DNA from: Microbotryum violaceum
Taxonomy: Eukaryota
Direction: 5' to 3'
DNA: 64,000 bases
Assembly (NCBI GenBank): GCA_001244265.2
Contig: CDLV01000008.1
Location: 248,001 to 312,000, forward strand
The translations under genes were made by a program, and so were the position numbers. Numbering within the stretch: position 1 is the first letter of the stretch; every line of letters starts with the position of its first letter. Below the pieces are notes generated by a model, which worked only from the letters and a program-made list of their open reading frames with translations, was not told the DNA's origin and ran no database searches. Positions 50,693-64,000 of the stretch are shown piece after piece.

Positions 50693-52059
50693 ATGTCCAA
50701 GTCGTCGGCCATGTCGCAGAAGCGCATCGCGCGCGAGCTGCACGACGTCGCCAACAAGTCCGAACTCCCTCAAGGCTGCACGTCAGTGGGCGCCAACTCG
50801 GACACATGGCCTCTCCTTCATCTTGGCTGACCCACAGTTTTCGATGGTCTGCACAGCGCCGGACCGGTGTCGGATCGGTCCGTGTACGAGTGGGAAGCCA
50901 CGATTGGTAAGACCCTTCTGAACCGGGCCACCGAGATGCCTCGCCGAGTCAAGCACAACTGACCCCCCTGCTCCAACCCTCGTGCTCATCCGTTCAACAG
51001 AAGGACCGGTCAGTTCAACAGTACTCTACAACTCCTACTCCGCCCTCCCTTGTTCGGCACTGGCACCTGACGAAGCACTCCTTCCTTCTCTCTCTCCTTT
51101 AGCCCGGATCCGTACGTCGCAGCAGCGACCGAGCCTACAAGGAACAACGTACTGATCCAACCCATCCCTAACCTACAGGCCTACGAAGGAGGCATCTTTG
51201 ACCTGTCCATCGTCCTGCCGCCGGACTACCCGTTCCGTCCGCCGAGGGTCACCTTCCTCACAAAGATCTACCACGCCAACATCAATACCCAGGGAGGAAT
51301 TGTGAGTAGACGCGCAGATAGCAGATAGCAATCTTGACTTCAATCAAAAGCTGACACGTTCTTGAACCTCCACACAGTGCCGTCAGTAGCTTCAAAGTCT
51401 TTCGTCGGTTTGACCCCTTAGCGAGGACTGAGCGTCGAATCTACATCTGCTCACAGTCGATATCCTCAAGAACCAATGGTCACCAGCTTTGTGCGTTGTC
51501 CCAAGCCTCAGAGTTGCCTTTTCAAACGTCGTATCGCTGACTCACATAAAATAATCTTTCTCTCAGATCCATCATCAAGGTACTTCTCTCCGTGTCGTCC
51601 CTTCTGGCGGACCCGAATCCACGTCAGTCCCTACCCCATATCTTGTGCCCTGCCCTGCCCAAGCCTTTTGACATCGTTCCACGTTCCATTCATTTTTTTT
51701 AGACGATCCTTTGATGCCCGAGGTAGGTTTTACAACGTATTTATAGCGCAAAGCATGGTCGCCGTCTGACGCTCGTCTTGATCATGTCTTGACGTACAGA
51801 TCGCGCAACGCTTCCTCAAGGATCGGAAAGGGCATGACAAGACCGTTCGGGAATGGACCAGTGAGTTCCACGCTGTCAAGACAATCATCGAAAATGTCCT
51901 CAAGCACCACGACTCACACGAACGAGCTACATTCACTTATCCGCAGAGAAACACGCGCGCCCCAAACCGATCGAAACGATCGAACTCAACGACGAGACCA
52001 AGGCGCCCAAATCCAAGAGCAAGAGCAAACAACCTATCGAGGTCATCACCATCGACTGA
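50693..52059 (+). CDS. Ubiquitin-conjugating enzyme E2 (Ubc4/5-like core with a C-terminal extension), many micro-exons
   Basis: Spliced: KRIAREL...[91 protein letters not shown] plus a tail. Confidence 0.92.
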
Positions 52060-52408
52060 TTGGACGTTGGATCGGCTGCTTCTCATTCCCGTTTGCACCC
52101 TTTCGGACATTTCTTGCATCCCCTCGTTGCTTTACGTATTCTCTTTGGCCTTTTGTCACTTGTACCACCCTTGCGCGAACCCTTTTTTGCAAATTATCGA
52201 TTCCCTGTCATCTCTCTCCTTGCTTTGCGTGCCGTTTGTATCTTTCGGGGGGGCATGGGGTCACCTTTTCGCGTTAATCGGGTACGATAATGATATTCCT
52301 TTCTTCCGCTAAGCCAAGGATTCTACCTAGATGATCCCGACGACTCATCCCCTCCTCCCCCCCAAGTCCTCCCAAAACAGAACCTGATCCCCACCCCTTC
52401 TTCCTTCA

Positions 52409-55400
52409 CTACCACACCTTTTCCGTCTTCGATCCCCCCGCTTCTGCAGCCTCCGCCATCGTTATCCCCGAAGTCGAACCCGAACCCGACATCGCAAAGA
52501 AACTCGAATTCGAAAATTCCCCCGATCCAGAACCGAAGAAAGCCTCCTGCTGCTGTGTGAAAGCCGAAGCCGAAAAAGAAGAAGATGAAGATGATAATAA
52601 AGCAGAGACGGCTTTTTCTTTTCCTTTGCCTATGGAATTCGTAGCTCCGAGGGGTGTCTGGGCATCGTCGTGGTGGGAGGTGGTTGGGTTGTGCCACTGT
52701 ACGTGGGTTTTGGCGAGTTGCTCGGCTTCCTTTTCGGGGAGTATAACGGCTTGTAGCCATGCGAGAGCGACTTCGGCGCGGGCGGTGTTGTAGGTCGCGT
52801 CTGAGGAACACGGGATCCTATCAGTATGGAAGGAAGTTTGCTTCATCAAAGTAACTGCAACCCCAGCCCGTCACTCACAAGAAGGATCGATCTTCCTCCT
52901 CTCCGCATCAGCTTTATCCCTCTCCTCCTTCCAACTACCCGTCACGTTCCTCTTCCCCTTGGCCTCCTCCCCCTCCTCCCCATCCATAATCTCCTTCGCC
53001 TTACCCATCCCCAAGCCATTCTCCAACCCCAACACCTTCCTCCTCTCCCCCACCGCACCCTCTTTCTTCGCCACGAAAGCCAGTCTCTCCCTCTCCGCCT
53101 GCCTCACGAGCGCCTCCACAAATTCCGTCGAAAAGAACCCACACACCTGATGCAAACAAGCCAATTCGTCCTCCCCCCGCGCCAACTCCACTTCCGTCAT
53201 ATCCAAATCCGGTGCTGCGATTCCCGAACTCTCCCGAACGATTCTCCAAGTCGCTGAAAGACGTTCGAGTACTTCGGCGTATTCGGACATGGTTAAAGAA
53301 CGCGCGGGCAGGAAGATGGGGTAACCTTCGAGATGGTCCATCAATCGTACGGTGCGAGCGTGGGCTTGGACTAGCGTTTTGAAGTCGCCCAACAGGAGGT
53401 GAATCAAGAGGACGGTGAAGTGGGATTCGATGATCAAAGGATGGTAGGTCGTCAATAGGGTTGGAGCAGGCATGGGCACATCTTGATGACGACGTTGTCG
53501 TTCAAGACGACGAGGATCGGCGTCCCTTGTTCGTTGGGCCAAAGCACGATGGTGGATCAACCTTCGACCACGGAAGGTCAACGGTCGATCGGTTTGTTTC
53601 GCGCCTAGAGTAGGTCGTTGTCGATCTTCTTCCTCCAACGCGTTGCCCGGCGGTGCTTCCCACACTTTAAAGTAAGCCAAGAAACGCTCGTGATCGCGCA
53701 CGCTCTTGCGCAAAAGGGTCGTCACCCGTTCGCGCAAGGACGCCTCCCCCATCCCAACACGATATCGCGCCTGTTTCTCCGGCGAGGCGTTGCCGTATAA
53801 ACCACCAATCTCATCCGCCAGTACGATGCCGACGTTACGGAGGGTCAATTCACCGCCTTCGTTCGAGAGCCCTCCTTTAGGTTTCTGCACGCCTTCAACG
53901 TCCAAAGCGGCGTCCTCCATCAACCGACACGCATGATGGAAGTGAGCCATCGCTCGATGGAAATACATTTGTCGCTCGAGGTCGTCACCCGGTTCCTTAC
54001 CCACCGTCGACGAAGGATCCGATGTCGGAGTCGTCGGTACAGCATTTCCATTCGATCCCAATATTGGAGCCATATCCACCTCATTCCGGTCCCCCATTGG
54101 AGCAAGCGAAGTTTTACCTTTCTTACCCCCCATTTTCCCATTCTTGCCTCCCTTCTTCTTCTTCAAATTTCCACCTCCAACCTGCACCTCCGCACGATGT
54201 TCCTTCTCCTTCCTTATCGCCTTGGCTTCCGTCAAAGCTTGAGTAAAGTTGCGTACGGCCGAGACGTAATCCTGCTTAAAGCCATGTACGACCCCTCGAG
54301 TACGATAGTATTCCAATCGATGTGGGTCGCAAGCGATCAAGTGATCCAACTGGGTCGTATCCGTCGAACTCGCGAGTGTGCGAGAAGGGATCTTCTCGTG
54401 ATGAAAATGGACGTAAAGCGCATCGAGGTTATCAGGTTCTTGTTTGAGCACTCGTTGAGCCAAATCATCCAGTCCGGTAGCGCCTTGCATGATCGCGACC
54501 GAAGCGGCGATCTCGTCGATTCGATAAGCCTCGGCCAACTTGCTCACGGCCAATACTCTTAAGCGATGTTGTCGTACGGCGGACATGCCCGCATTTCGAC
54601 CGCCTCCTTCCGGACAAGCGGATAAAGGTGGTGCACCACCCCCCGAACCGAACGAGCCTAACGCAGCGGCGGACATGCCAACGGCGGCGCGAACGGCTAG
54701 ATCAGAAGCATCGTCGACTAGCTTGCGAATTTGTGAGACCCCTCTAAAGACAGCTGGATCTATTGGAGAAGGTAGATGGGAGTTGCCCGCTTCTTTTTCT
54801 CCACCGCCTCGGTTCATTTGGGGTATTGGTGAAGGCGAAGGGGAGCGACGACGTTCATGAGGTCCGGCTGCGATCGCATGAAATCGAGCTCGGTCCATCG
54901 TCGGGGTCGATGAAGGGGGTTCGACGAGGCCACGAACGGTCGGGAGTGCGGATTCGTCGCAGTTCACGGTTAGGAGGGTGTCGAGTACTTCGTGGGGAAG
55001 CTGTAACCAGGGCCCCTGTGAAAATGAGGTGGGGTGTGTGCCCGAAACGAGACTCAGTTTTCTGGTCTGGGCAGAGGACACGCAGCAGAATGGTAGAACG
55101 CACATGGTAAGACGAGATGTACTGTTGATGTGCGAATCAGGCGATGATCGCGCAAAGAAAGAGTCAGCCCCACGTGATCTCCGGAAGGTAGGTCCGCGCG
55201 CAGACGACCAAAACGACAGCTCAACCGGACCGTTCCCAGCGCCACTAGCAATGCAGCCTCACCTTCATATGCTTATTCCTCGAAATCTTGAGTACGTGGG
55301 GTGCGGAGGCGGCCTTGTCCTGTTGTAGTTCCTGCTCACGAGCGGCCGCCGCGGCCTTCTTCTGCGCTGGTGTCTTGCGCTTCTTCTTCTTGGCGGCGGC

Positions 55401-55529
55401 CGTCGTAGAGGTCGTACCATCGACCGTGCGAGTTCCATTTTGCGCGTTCGTATTCGATCCTACTTCGTTGTGAGTCGACGAGTCAGAGTCGCGCTCTTTG
55501 TTGAGGTTCGGACGAGGTTCGGACTCCAT
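52409..55529 (-). CDS. Conserved fungal helical/TPR-like protein
   Basis: LKISRNKHMK..GPWLQLP, PIDPAVF, RKLVDDASDLAVRA, KLAEAYRIDEIAASVAIMQ, TPR-like YYRTRG..DY..AV.NFTQAL, TYHPL, GYPIFLPARS. Confidence 0.75.
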
Positions 55530-55974
55530 CCTGAGGAGCGTGACCGGTAAGATATCTTTGAGCTCGATAATTGTGAGGTGTTACTATAAGATGGGGTAAG
55601 CAGAGAGGGTGATAAAGCGACGTATGGATCAAACCAGGTTGATCGAATCGGTCGGGAATATAAGGGGCATCGCCCGGCGGCGAAGGTCGGTCGGTAAAGG
55701 CAGGAAGGAGCGAGCGAGCACCACGAGCACCGGCACGAGACGGCGAATCGATCACGGCAAACGCGACTGTATGCGCTTAGCCTGGCAAGCTTTCCGTGCC
55801 CAGAGGAACCTCCTACGCGGCGGCCTTGAGAATGAGTGCAACATAATGTAAGGGCTGGCAGCGTTTCAAGCAGGCCTTCTATTCCCATCAATACTGTCGA
55901 ACAAACCGAATAACCCCGAGTACAAGCACTTAAACTCTCCAAGCCGCAGCGACCGAGCCCCCCACCCCGCCCGA

Positions 55975-57968
55975 TCAATAATTCCGATCCCGATTCGCCA
56001 GCGGACTCGACTCAAACGGCTCGCTCTCAAGCAGTACACCACCGTGCAGCGTATCCAAGTTGTCCGGACCAAGCATGCGGAAGTTCTTGGTCGCTCCTAA
56101 ACCGGCGGCGAAACTATCGTCCTCGTCAGCCATGGATTGATTCGCAACGGGCGCCGCAGCAGGTCGCATCCCGAACAAGGTGTCTTCTCGTCCATCGAGG
56201 CCTTGAATGGCGTTGGCGTTCGGCGCACCTCGTCCTGGAGCATTGAACGCATCCCTACGTTGCCCATGAAGTGCAAAAGGGGCCGCAGCGGGTGGTGCAG
56301 CTTTGGATAGGGATGCTGCCGGCCCACTCGTCGGTAAATCATCCGTGAACGAATCGTCCTGAATGCTGACACGCTGCGTCCCAAAGTCATCGCCATCATC
56401 GACGATCCGCGCGAAACTGGTCTCGTTTAGTAAATCATCGATCCGCGCAGTCGTACCCCCTCCAAATTCAGCGAGCAAGGTCCCTTTACCCAATCGAGTC
56501 GTTCCGAACGGCTTGGACAAATCAAGACTGTCCCCCTCGTCCTCGAGCGCTTCTTCTTCGAACCCCCGGCGCGATCCTTCACTCGGGCTCGGCGCAGGTA
56601 GTTCCTCACCCATCATAAGGCGAGCGGTGTACTCTCTCATGATCAAAGGTGGCTCCAGAGGTGAGTCGTGCAGGGCCGAGTAGACATCTTTCGTCATCCG
56701 CTGCGCCGCTTGCTTTGCCGGTACTCGGGACGGGGCCGGCGACAACAGGTTCAGAGAAGCCAGGGAACGGTTGCCAAGTGGTGCCGGGGACGAGGTCTTG
56801 CTCGCCGCGACGCGATCGACGGGTGCATCCCACCCAGACTCATTCGCCATGTCGCCCTGCCGCTTGATCGGAGACGCGAATGCAGCCAGTGACGTGTTGG
56901 AGAGATCGACCAACCCATCCCAGTCGCGCGGTACGTCCGTCGGCCTCACCAAGCGTACCTTGCCGCGTCCGGGTGTCGACGACGACGGCCTAGGCGAGCC
57001 GATGTTCTGCTTCAAGATCTTTTCCAACAAAGCGGGGTGGGGTTGTGAAGCGGCAGTCGAGTTGGCCGGAGTCGGGGACGCCGAGTGGTGATGCAAAGGT
57101 TGTTTGAGCTTACGCAGCGTTTCTGGTGAGGTCGTTTCAAAATGGATCGACGACATGGATGGGGAAGGCGCTTCCAGCACCGTCTCGGCCACGGTCTTGA
57201 ACCCCACAGTGGCCGTTTCCCACTCGGGTGTCGGCACATCGGGGGAGTCGGGGGGTAGATCACCTAATCGCACCCGTTGGACGCCGCTCGAGATGTGATC
57301 AACCCCGATCGTCGTGGTATTCGGTCGTACTTTGTGAAGATCGGCCTGCAGTGACTGGAATGGCGACATGTCGTCACTGAGGACGGCCTTGTCCTTTTTG
57401 AGATGAGCCGGCGCCGAGGCTTTCGCCGTGGAGGTCGTGGCTTGAGGTGCTCGGGGCGTAGCATGATTCGACGACTCGGCCGAGACTGCCGAGGCGCCTT
57501 CGTCGAAGGAAAGCGATTGATTCGCCGCTCGTTGCGATAGACTATCGTCTCGGCTCGCCGACTCGTCGTCGTACAGGAAAGGATCGGTGAGCTTAATCCT
57601 CGCCGCGTTTTCGAAGAAGGGCCGCCAAAACTGTGGGGCGAGATGATCGATACGCGGTCAACAATGCGACCTGGCGGTGCTCCACAGACCAACCAACGCG
57701 TCGCGGGGAAAGAATGGCTCACCTTCACGGACTCGTAGATGCGACGACTGTTTTCGCCATGTTGTTGGACGGCGGGGAGAATGCGCCCGATGACGACCTG
57801 GTTGCATTTGTCAAAGTTCTCCTCGATCCGTTGCAGCAGCAGGACCATGTTTTGGTCGATCTGGTCGCTCGCGGCTTGCACGTCCGACAGCGTCAGCCGC
57901 ACGATTTCCTCGGGGCGAAGCATGACAGGGTTGTTGGCATCGTAGAAGAGGCGGCTTCTTGTAGACAT
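55975..57968 (-). CDS. ASK1: DASH/Dam1 kinetochore complex subunit Ask1
   Basis: DQIDQNMVLLLQRIEENFDKCNQVVIGRILPAV..H...SRRIYESVK/FWRPFFENAA matches the Ask1 N-terminal domain; WDGLVDL motif; long disordered tail. Confidence 0.85.
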
Positions 57969-58650
57969 GTCGAGTTGATGGTTTGGGGATCACGTTGATA
58001 GCACCAGGTTAAATGATGGGCGGGTTCAGGCGATGACGGATGACGCGGATGACGGATGACGCGCTCAGCTGAGAGGTCGCGTAGTCACACGCCAAGTATA
58101 TACGGTCGCTGCGTGGAGCCGACTTGATGGGTACGTTGGACTGTGAGTTGATGCGGAAAACGACTGAGCTGATGAAGTGATGTAGCAGAGCGGCAAGGGC
58201 GCGCAAATGAGGAGGGAACCACGCGCGTCGACGCTTCTCGTCGCGTCTACCCGGAAAGCTCACGAAAGCTCACGCGCTTCACGCGTCCGAGCGACGCTGA
58301 AAGTTGCCCGACCGAAAGCAGGCTCTTGGTTGTGAAGCGTTCTTCAACGCACATGAGGTACAAAGGGACTGGAGGAAGTATTGATGAAAGAGAAAGTACA
58401 CATGATAATGGCAACATTCAACAAACTTGAGAGCTACACAACTTTCCCTAGGACGGCGGCAACTTAGGCGGTCGGCAGCGAACTGGGTCGAATCGCTTTT
58501 GGAAAGCACAAGTTTAGAAGGAGCCAAAAAAAAGTGCAAGAACCGGCGCGTTCTTTAGGAGCGAGAACGATGCAGCAGAACTAGGTGAAGAATAAACGGG
58601 TGGCCCGCGTCGGGAAGAAAACGAAACTAGCCAAGATGAGGAGTCCACGC

Positions 58651-60065
58651 TTAAAGGATGGCGGTGGCGGGGCCAGCGACCGTGTTGGAGTCCGAGAGCG
58701 TCTTGGACGAGGTCGTGATGACGATGTAGGTAATGCCCTCGAGACCCTTGGGGATATCGACGCGGTCCTTGCCATCCTTGCCGTGCTTGACGGGCTCGAT
58801 GATGGTGGCACCACCGTTGAGGAAGGCAGCGTAGAAGCCGGTCTTCTTGTCGCCCCTGTAGTTGAACTGAACCTCGGTGGTGTGGCCAGCGCGGGGGGTG
58901 TTCTCGATGGAGAGGCTGGGGAACCTCTGGATCGACGAAGGGAGAGCACCATTCTTGCCGCAGGTGTTGGGCTTGATGAAGCCAGCAGCAAGCCTGTTGA
59001 GCGAGGGGCGGAAAAAGCGCTTGGTCAGCGTGGACAAGATGGGCGCTCTGCAGCAGCGCGTGAAAGAGGTGCGGCAACTCACGAGTAGACCTGGGCGTAG
59101 TCGAGTGAGGTCTCGAAGGCAACGGGGAAGCCCGAGTCACCGGAGAAAGTGTTCAAGATCGCGGTGTGGCGGGCCTCGATGGTGAGGATCGAGCCGGCGG
59201 CGGCGAGGTAAGCCTTGGACGAAATATCGGGAGCGGCACCGAGGTACGCCGCCGTGCCGACAGACTCGAGGATGCGCGCGGTGGCGACGAACGTGTAGAC
59301 GTTTGTGAAGGCGACCTTGAAGTCGTACTTGCACTGCGACACACCGGCACTGCCAAGGGCGCCAGCGAGGAACTTGACGTGGTCCTTCTCCTGGATGGCG
59401 ATTTTCTGGATGTTTTTGAAGACCTCGGGGCCGAAGCCGGCCTTCTTGAAGTCCTCGGGGCGGAACTTATCGAGACCCTGGAAGTAGAAGTTCTTCTCGA
59501 GGTGCTGTTGTAATGGGAAGATGAAGAGCAGAGAAGGTTAAGGAAAGTCGAAAGGGGACGGAGGAAGACGAGAGAGGGGTGATCAATTGACTGCGCAGCA
59601 GCCAGGGAGGGCAGTGGTCACGCGTAGAGAGCTTACCTCCAAAGTGAGAGCTACGACGTGATGAAAGGGGAAAGTGAAGTTACAGGTTAGCTAACCTTCA
59701 TGTGAGAATTCGACAAATGCAAGAGTGATGATGATGTCTTTGTCGCGCGATGCGCGGCGGGCGTCGGCGTGTCGACCCTCGTTGAACACTCGGGCCCACA
59801 GCGAGCACAAACTGGGGTTACGAGGCGCCCAGCTAGGGGCCCGCGCTCGAGTCGGGACCTTGGCGGAGATGGCGAACGAGAAACGTACAAACGTACGATC
59901 GAGGACAAAGCACCCGAGAAGGGAAGTAGACTAACCATAGTTGAGGATCTCCACATCGGTGGGACCACTGGCACGCTTGGTGATCTGGGCCATGCGCTCG
60001 GTCGAGGCAGTGACAGGGGCGATGGCGGCGAGGGCCATGACGGCGAGGGCGAGGACTGAACGCAT
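58651..60065 (-). CDS. Secreted Rds1-like ferritin-fold (Ferritin_2) stress protein, copy 1
   Basis: Signal peptide; TDVEILNY/ALTLE/HLE..FY, EKDHV, LESVG.AAYLG, SILTIEARH; 14-nt micro-exon near 59637-59650. Confidence 0.9.
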
Positions 60066-61554
60066 CTTGATTTAAGGAGTGTGGGTGTTTGGATAAACGA
60101 GTGTAGGTGGTGCTTAAAAGCGGGAATGGGAGTCAAGTCGAACTGGATATGGAGAAGAGGGAGAGAGAAGAAGAGGTCCCGGATGTCCCGGACGGTCGGG
60201 AAACATAATTTGCCTCGATCACAGTCTGTTGTTGTCTGTTGTTGTGTCCGAATCGCCATTTGCTTAGCTCGATTCCCAAGCACGCTCAACCTAGCCCGAG
60301 TCCTGAATCTAGAGCGGTCTCCCATCGTATGATCCCTCGAAGGCATGGCATCTGCAGGCAATCGAATTTAGGCTCGGCTCCTCGTGCCAGATCGAACGAG
60401 CCGACGCGACGTGTGGTGGCCCCTGCGGCCCTGCGAGCTTGTAATTCAACATTTTGACGCGATTTGGCTTCAAATCCTGATCGCCGCCCGACGCGCACGG
60501 CGCACGCGGCGCACCGGGTGGGGGCCGGAGGGGACTTTAATTGAAATTGGTCGGGGGCCCCCCGGCCGGCGGACAGAGGTTCTTTACCCGAAGCACATTG
60601 TTGAGCGCCGAGTGACCGGTCAGCCGTAAGTACTACTAGTGAGATGTGACCGCACGGAGCCGCCTGATAAGAGAGCACCATATATTAGGTATCGAAATAG
60701 CCGAACTTTCACGTCAAACGTCATATTCTTTCCTCGGTGGCTCGCACGGGGTCGTTCGCGCACTCTTGGTCTTTCTGACGTTTGAAGCTCGACCGAGAAG
60801 CATCGACGCTCCCAACTCTCGCACGCGAACGCCGAAGGTGCACAACACCTACAACGCGACAGAAAATATAAAGATGCCAGGTACCTGCCTCAAAGTTTCT
60901 ACTGTCGCATTGGGAATAAGCATTGCTTTCGGAATCAAGCACAGGGCTGCCCGCTGCCAATTATTAATTTCATTCAGCTTTCATTTCCTGGAATCTCGAA
61001 GATCGTGCGCTGCACCTCTAATCTCATTACGCGATGCGATCGACCATGAAAAAATTGAGACTCTACCTATCTATCTCATCCAGACTGTCAGCACAGGTTG
61101 CTCCCGTGCCGTGTCGGCGAGATTAGTCGGCGCCTCCGCGTGAGTCCGCGAGGTCCGGCCGGCTGCTGTTGCGCTAGTTGGGGACGGACCCCTAGCCTCA
61201 CTTTGTGCTTTTTCCCTCATCAGGTGCGAGGTTTGTGTCCTTTACCGCCCACCGCACTTCGTTCGGTACCAGACCTGCCAGCGGTCGGACAAGCGCTTGT
61301 AGTGAAAATTCCGCATTACGGCACTTTTTGGGGGGTGCCTAAGCGATCGGCATCCGAAGCATCTGAGAAGAAACGTGGGGCAAATCCCAGTACTGGAATA
61401 GGATGACGACGAAAGTCAAAAAAAATCGAATCTTGTGCTACACTAATGAATGACGAAGGTCCGAGAAGCAGCACATTATCTCAACATGACCTAATGCGAG
61501 ACCGTCCGTCCGCGACGGCGGTGGATCCTCCATGTACAATACGCGATGGATCGA

Positions 61555-63081
61555 TTAGAGGAAGAGGAGGGCGGGGCCAGCAACGGTGGAAGCATCCGTG
61601 AGACCTGCCTTGGACGAAGAGATGAAAAGGTAGGTGGCGCCTTGGAAGCCGGAGGGGACGTCGATACGGCTGATACCGTCGGATCCGTGCTTAACCGAGA
61701 CCACGGTCTGGACGCCGCTGAATAAGAAGACGGCGTAGGCCTTGCCGCCGGCCTTTTGCGCGAACTTGACGGCGATCTGGTGGCCGGCCCGAGGTACCTT
61801 GGTAACGACGTTCAAGACGGGGTACGCCTTGAGGCCAGGGGGGAGAGGCTTCTTGGCACCACACGTGCCGGGCTTGATCATGGGGGAGGCGAGCCTGAGG
61901 TGAGTCGTATGGTTCGGGTTGGCCTATGCGACATCATGATAAATCGGCAACCCAATTCAAGGGTATGACTTACGACCAAACCTGATTGAATTCAAGCGCG
62001 GTCTCGAAGGGGGCGGGGAAGCCACTCTGGCCCTCAACCTCGTTCAAGAGCGACGAGTGGCGGGCCTCGATCGTCAAGATGGATCCAGAAGCGCCAACGG
62101 CGGCGGGAGTCGAGAACTTGGGGGTCGCGCCAAGGTAGGCAGCGGTACCTACGGTCTCTAGAACGCGAGACATATGGACGAACGAGTCGACGGATGCGAG
62201 CGCGGCGCCAAAGTCGTACTGGCAAGGCGAGACGGCGTTCTTGCCGAGGCCACTCGCGAGGGCGGTGATGTGATCTTTCTCTTGGATACCGATGGTCTAG
62301 ATGCGGCTATGCAGCTTCTTAGAGTAACCGGCCTTGACAAAGTCTTCAAACTTGTACTTGGCAAGCCCTTTGAAGCTGCAGATGCAGGATGCAGTGGACA
62401 CAAGCGAGCCGACGGTGAGAGCGCGGACAGAGGAAAAGAGCGGAACGGAGGCATCGAATAAGTCACATGTGGACAGGTACGGCGATACACGGTGCGCATA
62501 AAGTAGATGACGTACAAGAAGTTCTTCTCGAGGTACTGTGAGTGAGAAGACAAAACAGCCAAGGCAAAAGTAGGATAACGGTCAGAGCTGATCGAAGAAA
62601 CCGCGGGTTGCTCAGCAACTGCGCAGCCGCTGATGCCGAGGCACTGGCAGCCCGCAGGCAGCGAGTTAGACCGACTTCGAGCGTGAGAGCTGTGCGCAAT
62701 CAAGGTGGATTTGATTAGTAAGATGGACAAATCGAGTCCGATTGACCGCGTTGGTGTGGGTGCTGTGCGATCGCCGACGGCAAGGAGACAGAGGGGTCAA
62801 GTATGCCCTTTGGCGCGCGGGCGCGTTCAAGATTGGGCCTAGCAGATGGGCAGCTACTAGGGGCGGGCGGCGTACCATGGCCGGAAGCAGCGGTCCACTA
62901 TGCTCAGGTGCCCTGTTCTTAAAGACTCTACCTGATTACCAAAGTTCATGATCTCGATATCGGTCACCTTGGTTGAGCGCTTGGTGATCTGGATCATGCG
63001 CTCCTGGGAGTCGGTGGTGCCGGCGGCGGCGGGAGAAATGGCGGCGAGGGCCAAGACAGCCAGGGCGAGAACGGAACGCAT
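61555..63081 (-). pseudogene. Rds1-like ferritin-fold protein, copy 2, with an in-frame TAG
   Basis: Paralogue of copy 1 (MRSVLALAV, TDIEIMNF/ALTLE/YLEKNF, EKDHI, LETVGTAAYLG, SILTIEARH) with a stop codon at 62297-62299 where copy 1 has CAG. Confidence 0.75.
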
Positions 63082-64000
63082 GTTGACGATGAAAATGAGT
63101 GTGGGTGGGCATTGAAAAACGAGTGTGGATGGTGCTGGAAGCGAGCCGAAGAACAGTCAGTAGTGCAGAAGAGGCGAAGGTAAGAGCGAGAGAAACGATG
63201 GCTGAAGCAGCTCAAAGAAGAATGTTCGGAAGCCGCTGGAGCGAAGTTTTCGGAGCCGACGATGGCAACACGCCTTGGATCAGCACAATCGCCGCTTAAG
63301 CTCTCATTGATAACCTTGCCCTTGCGCAGGACGGCCTTTGGCGAACGCCTAGCTCTAGGAAGCGCTACAGCTTCGCACCATTCGGAATAAGATTTGCTAC
63401 TCACAAGCGATATGTTCCGGTGTATATCATCGATATACGTACACGGTACAGATAATTTTATGCAACAACTTTTCGTCGGCCGCGATTTGCACATGGACTT
63501 TGCCCGCGCCGTCGAGCCGCGATCTGTTCGTTCAACCGAGACGATGACTGCCGCGAGCTTGATTGCCGCTGGCCACTTTCCGTCGGTCAGCGTAATAGTC
63601 CGCTGTCCGAGTTGCACCGAGTGGTGGATGGTCCCATGAGAAGAAGCTGCTTTCACTTTGGTTTTAGCGCGAGGGAACGGCGCCCGGGTGAGCCAAATGC
63701 GTGACAAAAAAGACCTAAAAAGATTGGCCCCCACTTTACGCGTCGAAGCGGGTGACACTGGCCCGCGCTCGCCTGCACGCGGTGAAGGCACGCAGTAGGC
63801 AGAGGGCCTTCTTAACGTTGCATAATCATGTGTTTCAGATGATACTGGACCTTCCTATGGGAAACGATAGATATCTAATACCTGGATATCATGACCCAAT
63901 AGTAGTAGTAGTCTAGATCTGCCTCCCTGGAGGCTTTTCGTTTCAGTGTGGGCTTGTGAAAATCCTCCCCTCGGCTCTACTCAGGTTCTCAGCCAAAATC

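Noticed and set aside
23581-57968. Functional cluster of chromosome-maintenance genes (SMC4, RAD51, ASK1)
   Set aside because: Spread over 34 kb among unrelated genes; compatible with chance

Overview
Intron-rich, GC-rich fungal genomic DNA; the gene set and intron style suggest a basidiomycete yeast, probably Microbotryomycetes-like (inference). Host genes: a fucosyltransferase-like glycosyltransferase, an MP88-like GPI mannoprotein, a low-complexity protein, condensin SMC4, an orphan coiled-coil gene, an ACAA2-type thiolase, three tandem DUF6534-like 7TM genes, RAD51, a TMCO4/DUF726 hydrolase, a Ubc4-like E2, a TPR-like protein, DASH subunit ASK1 and two Rds1-like ferritin-fold paralogues. 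The main feature is a 12.1-kb DNA transposon (7592-19707) with 256-bp TIRs that are 98% identical and rich in palindromes. It encodes a Mutator-type DDE transposase with a GCM-like zinc finger, apparently spliced in frame to a USP-type cysteine protease. A young Ty1/copia LTR element (11478-16919, GGCAT TSD, TG..TA ends, internal 263-bp fold-back duplication) interrupts it, and a 1.5-kb internal inversion is likely. Several 1-nt frameshifts in the essential SMC4 gene indicate assembly indel errors, so frameshifts elsewhere are weak evidence of decay. All family calls come from motif recognition; no database search was run.
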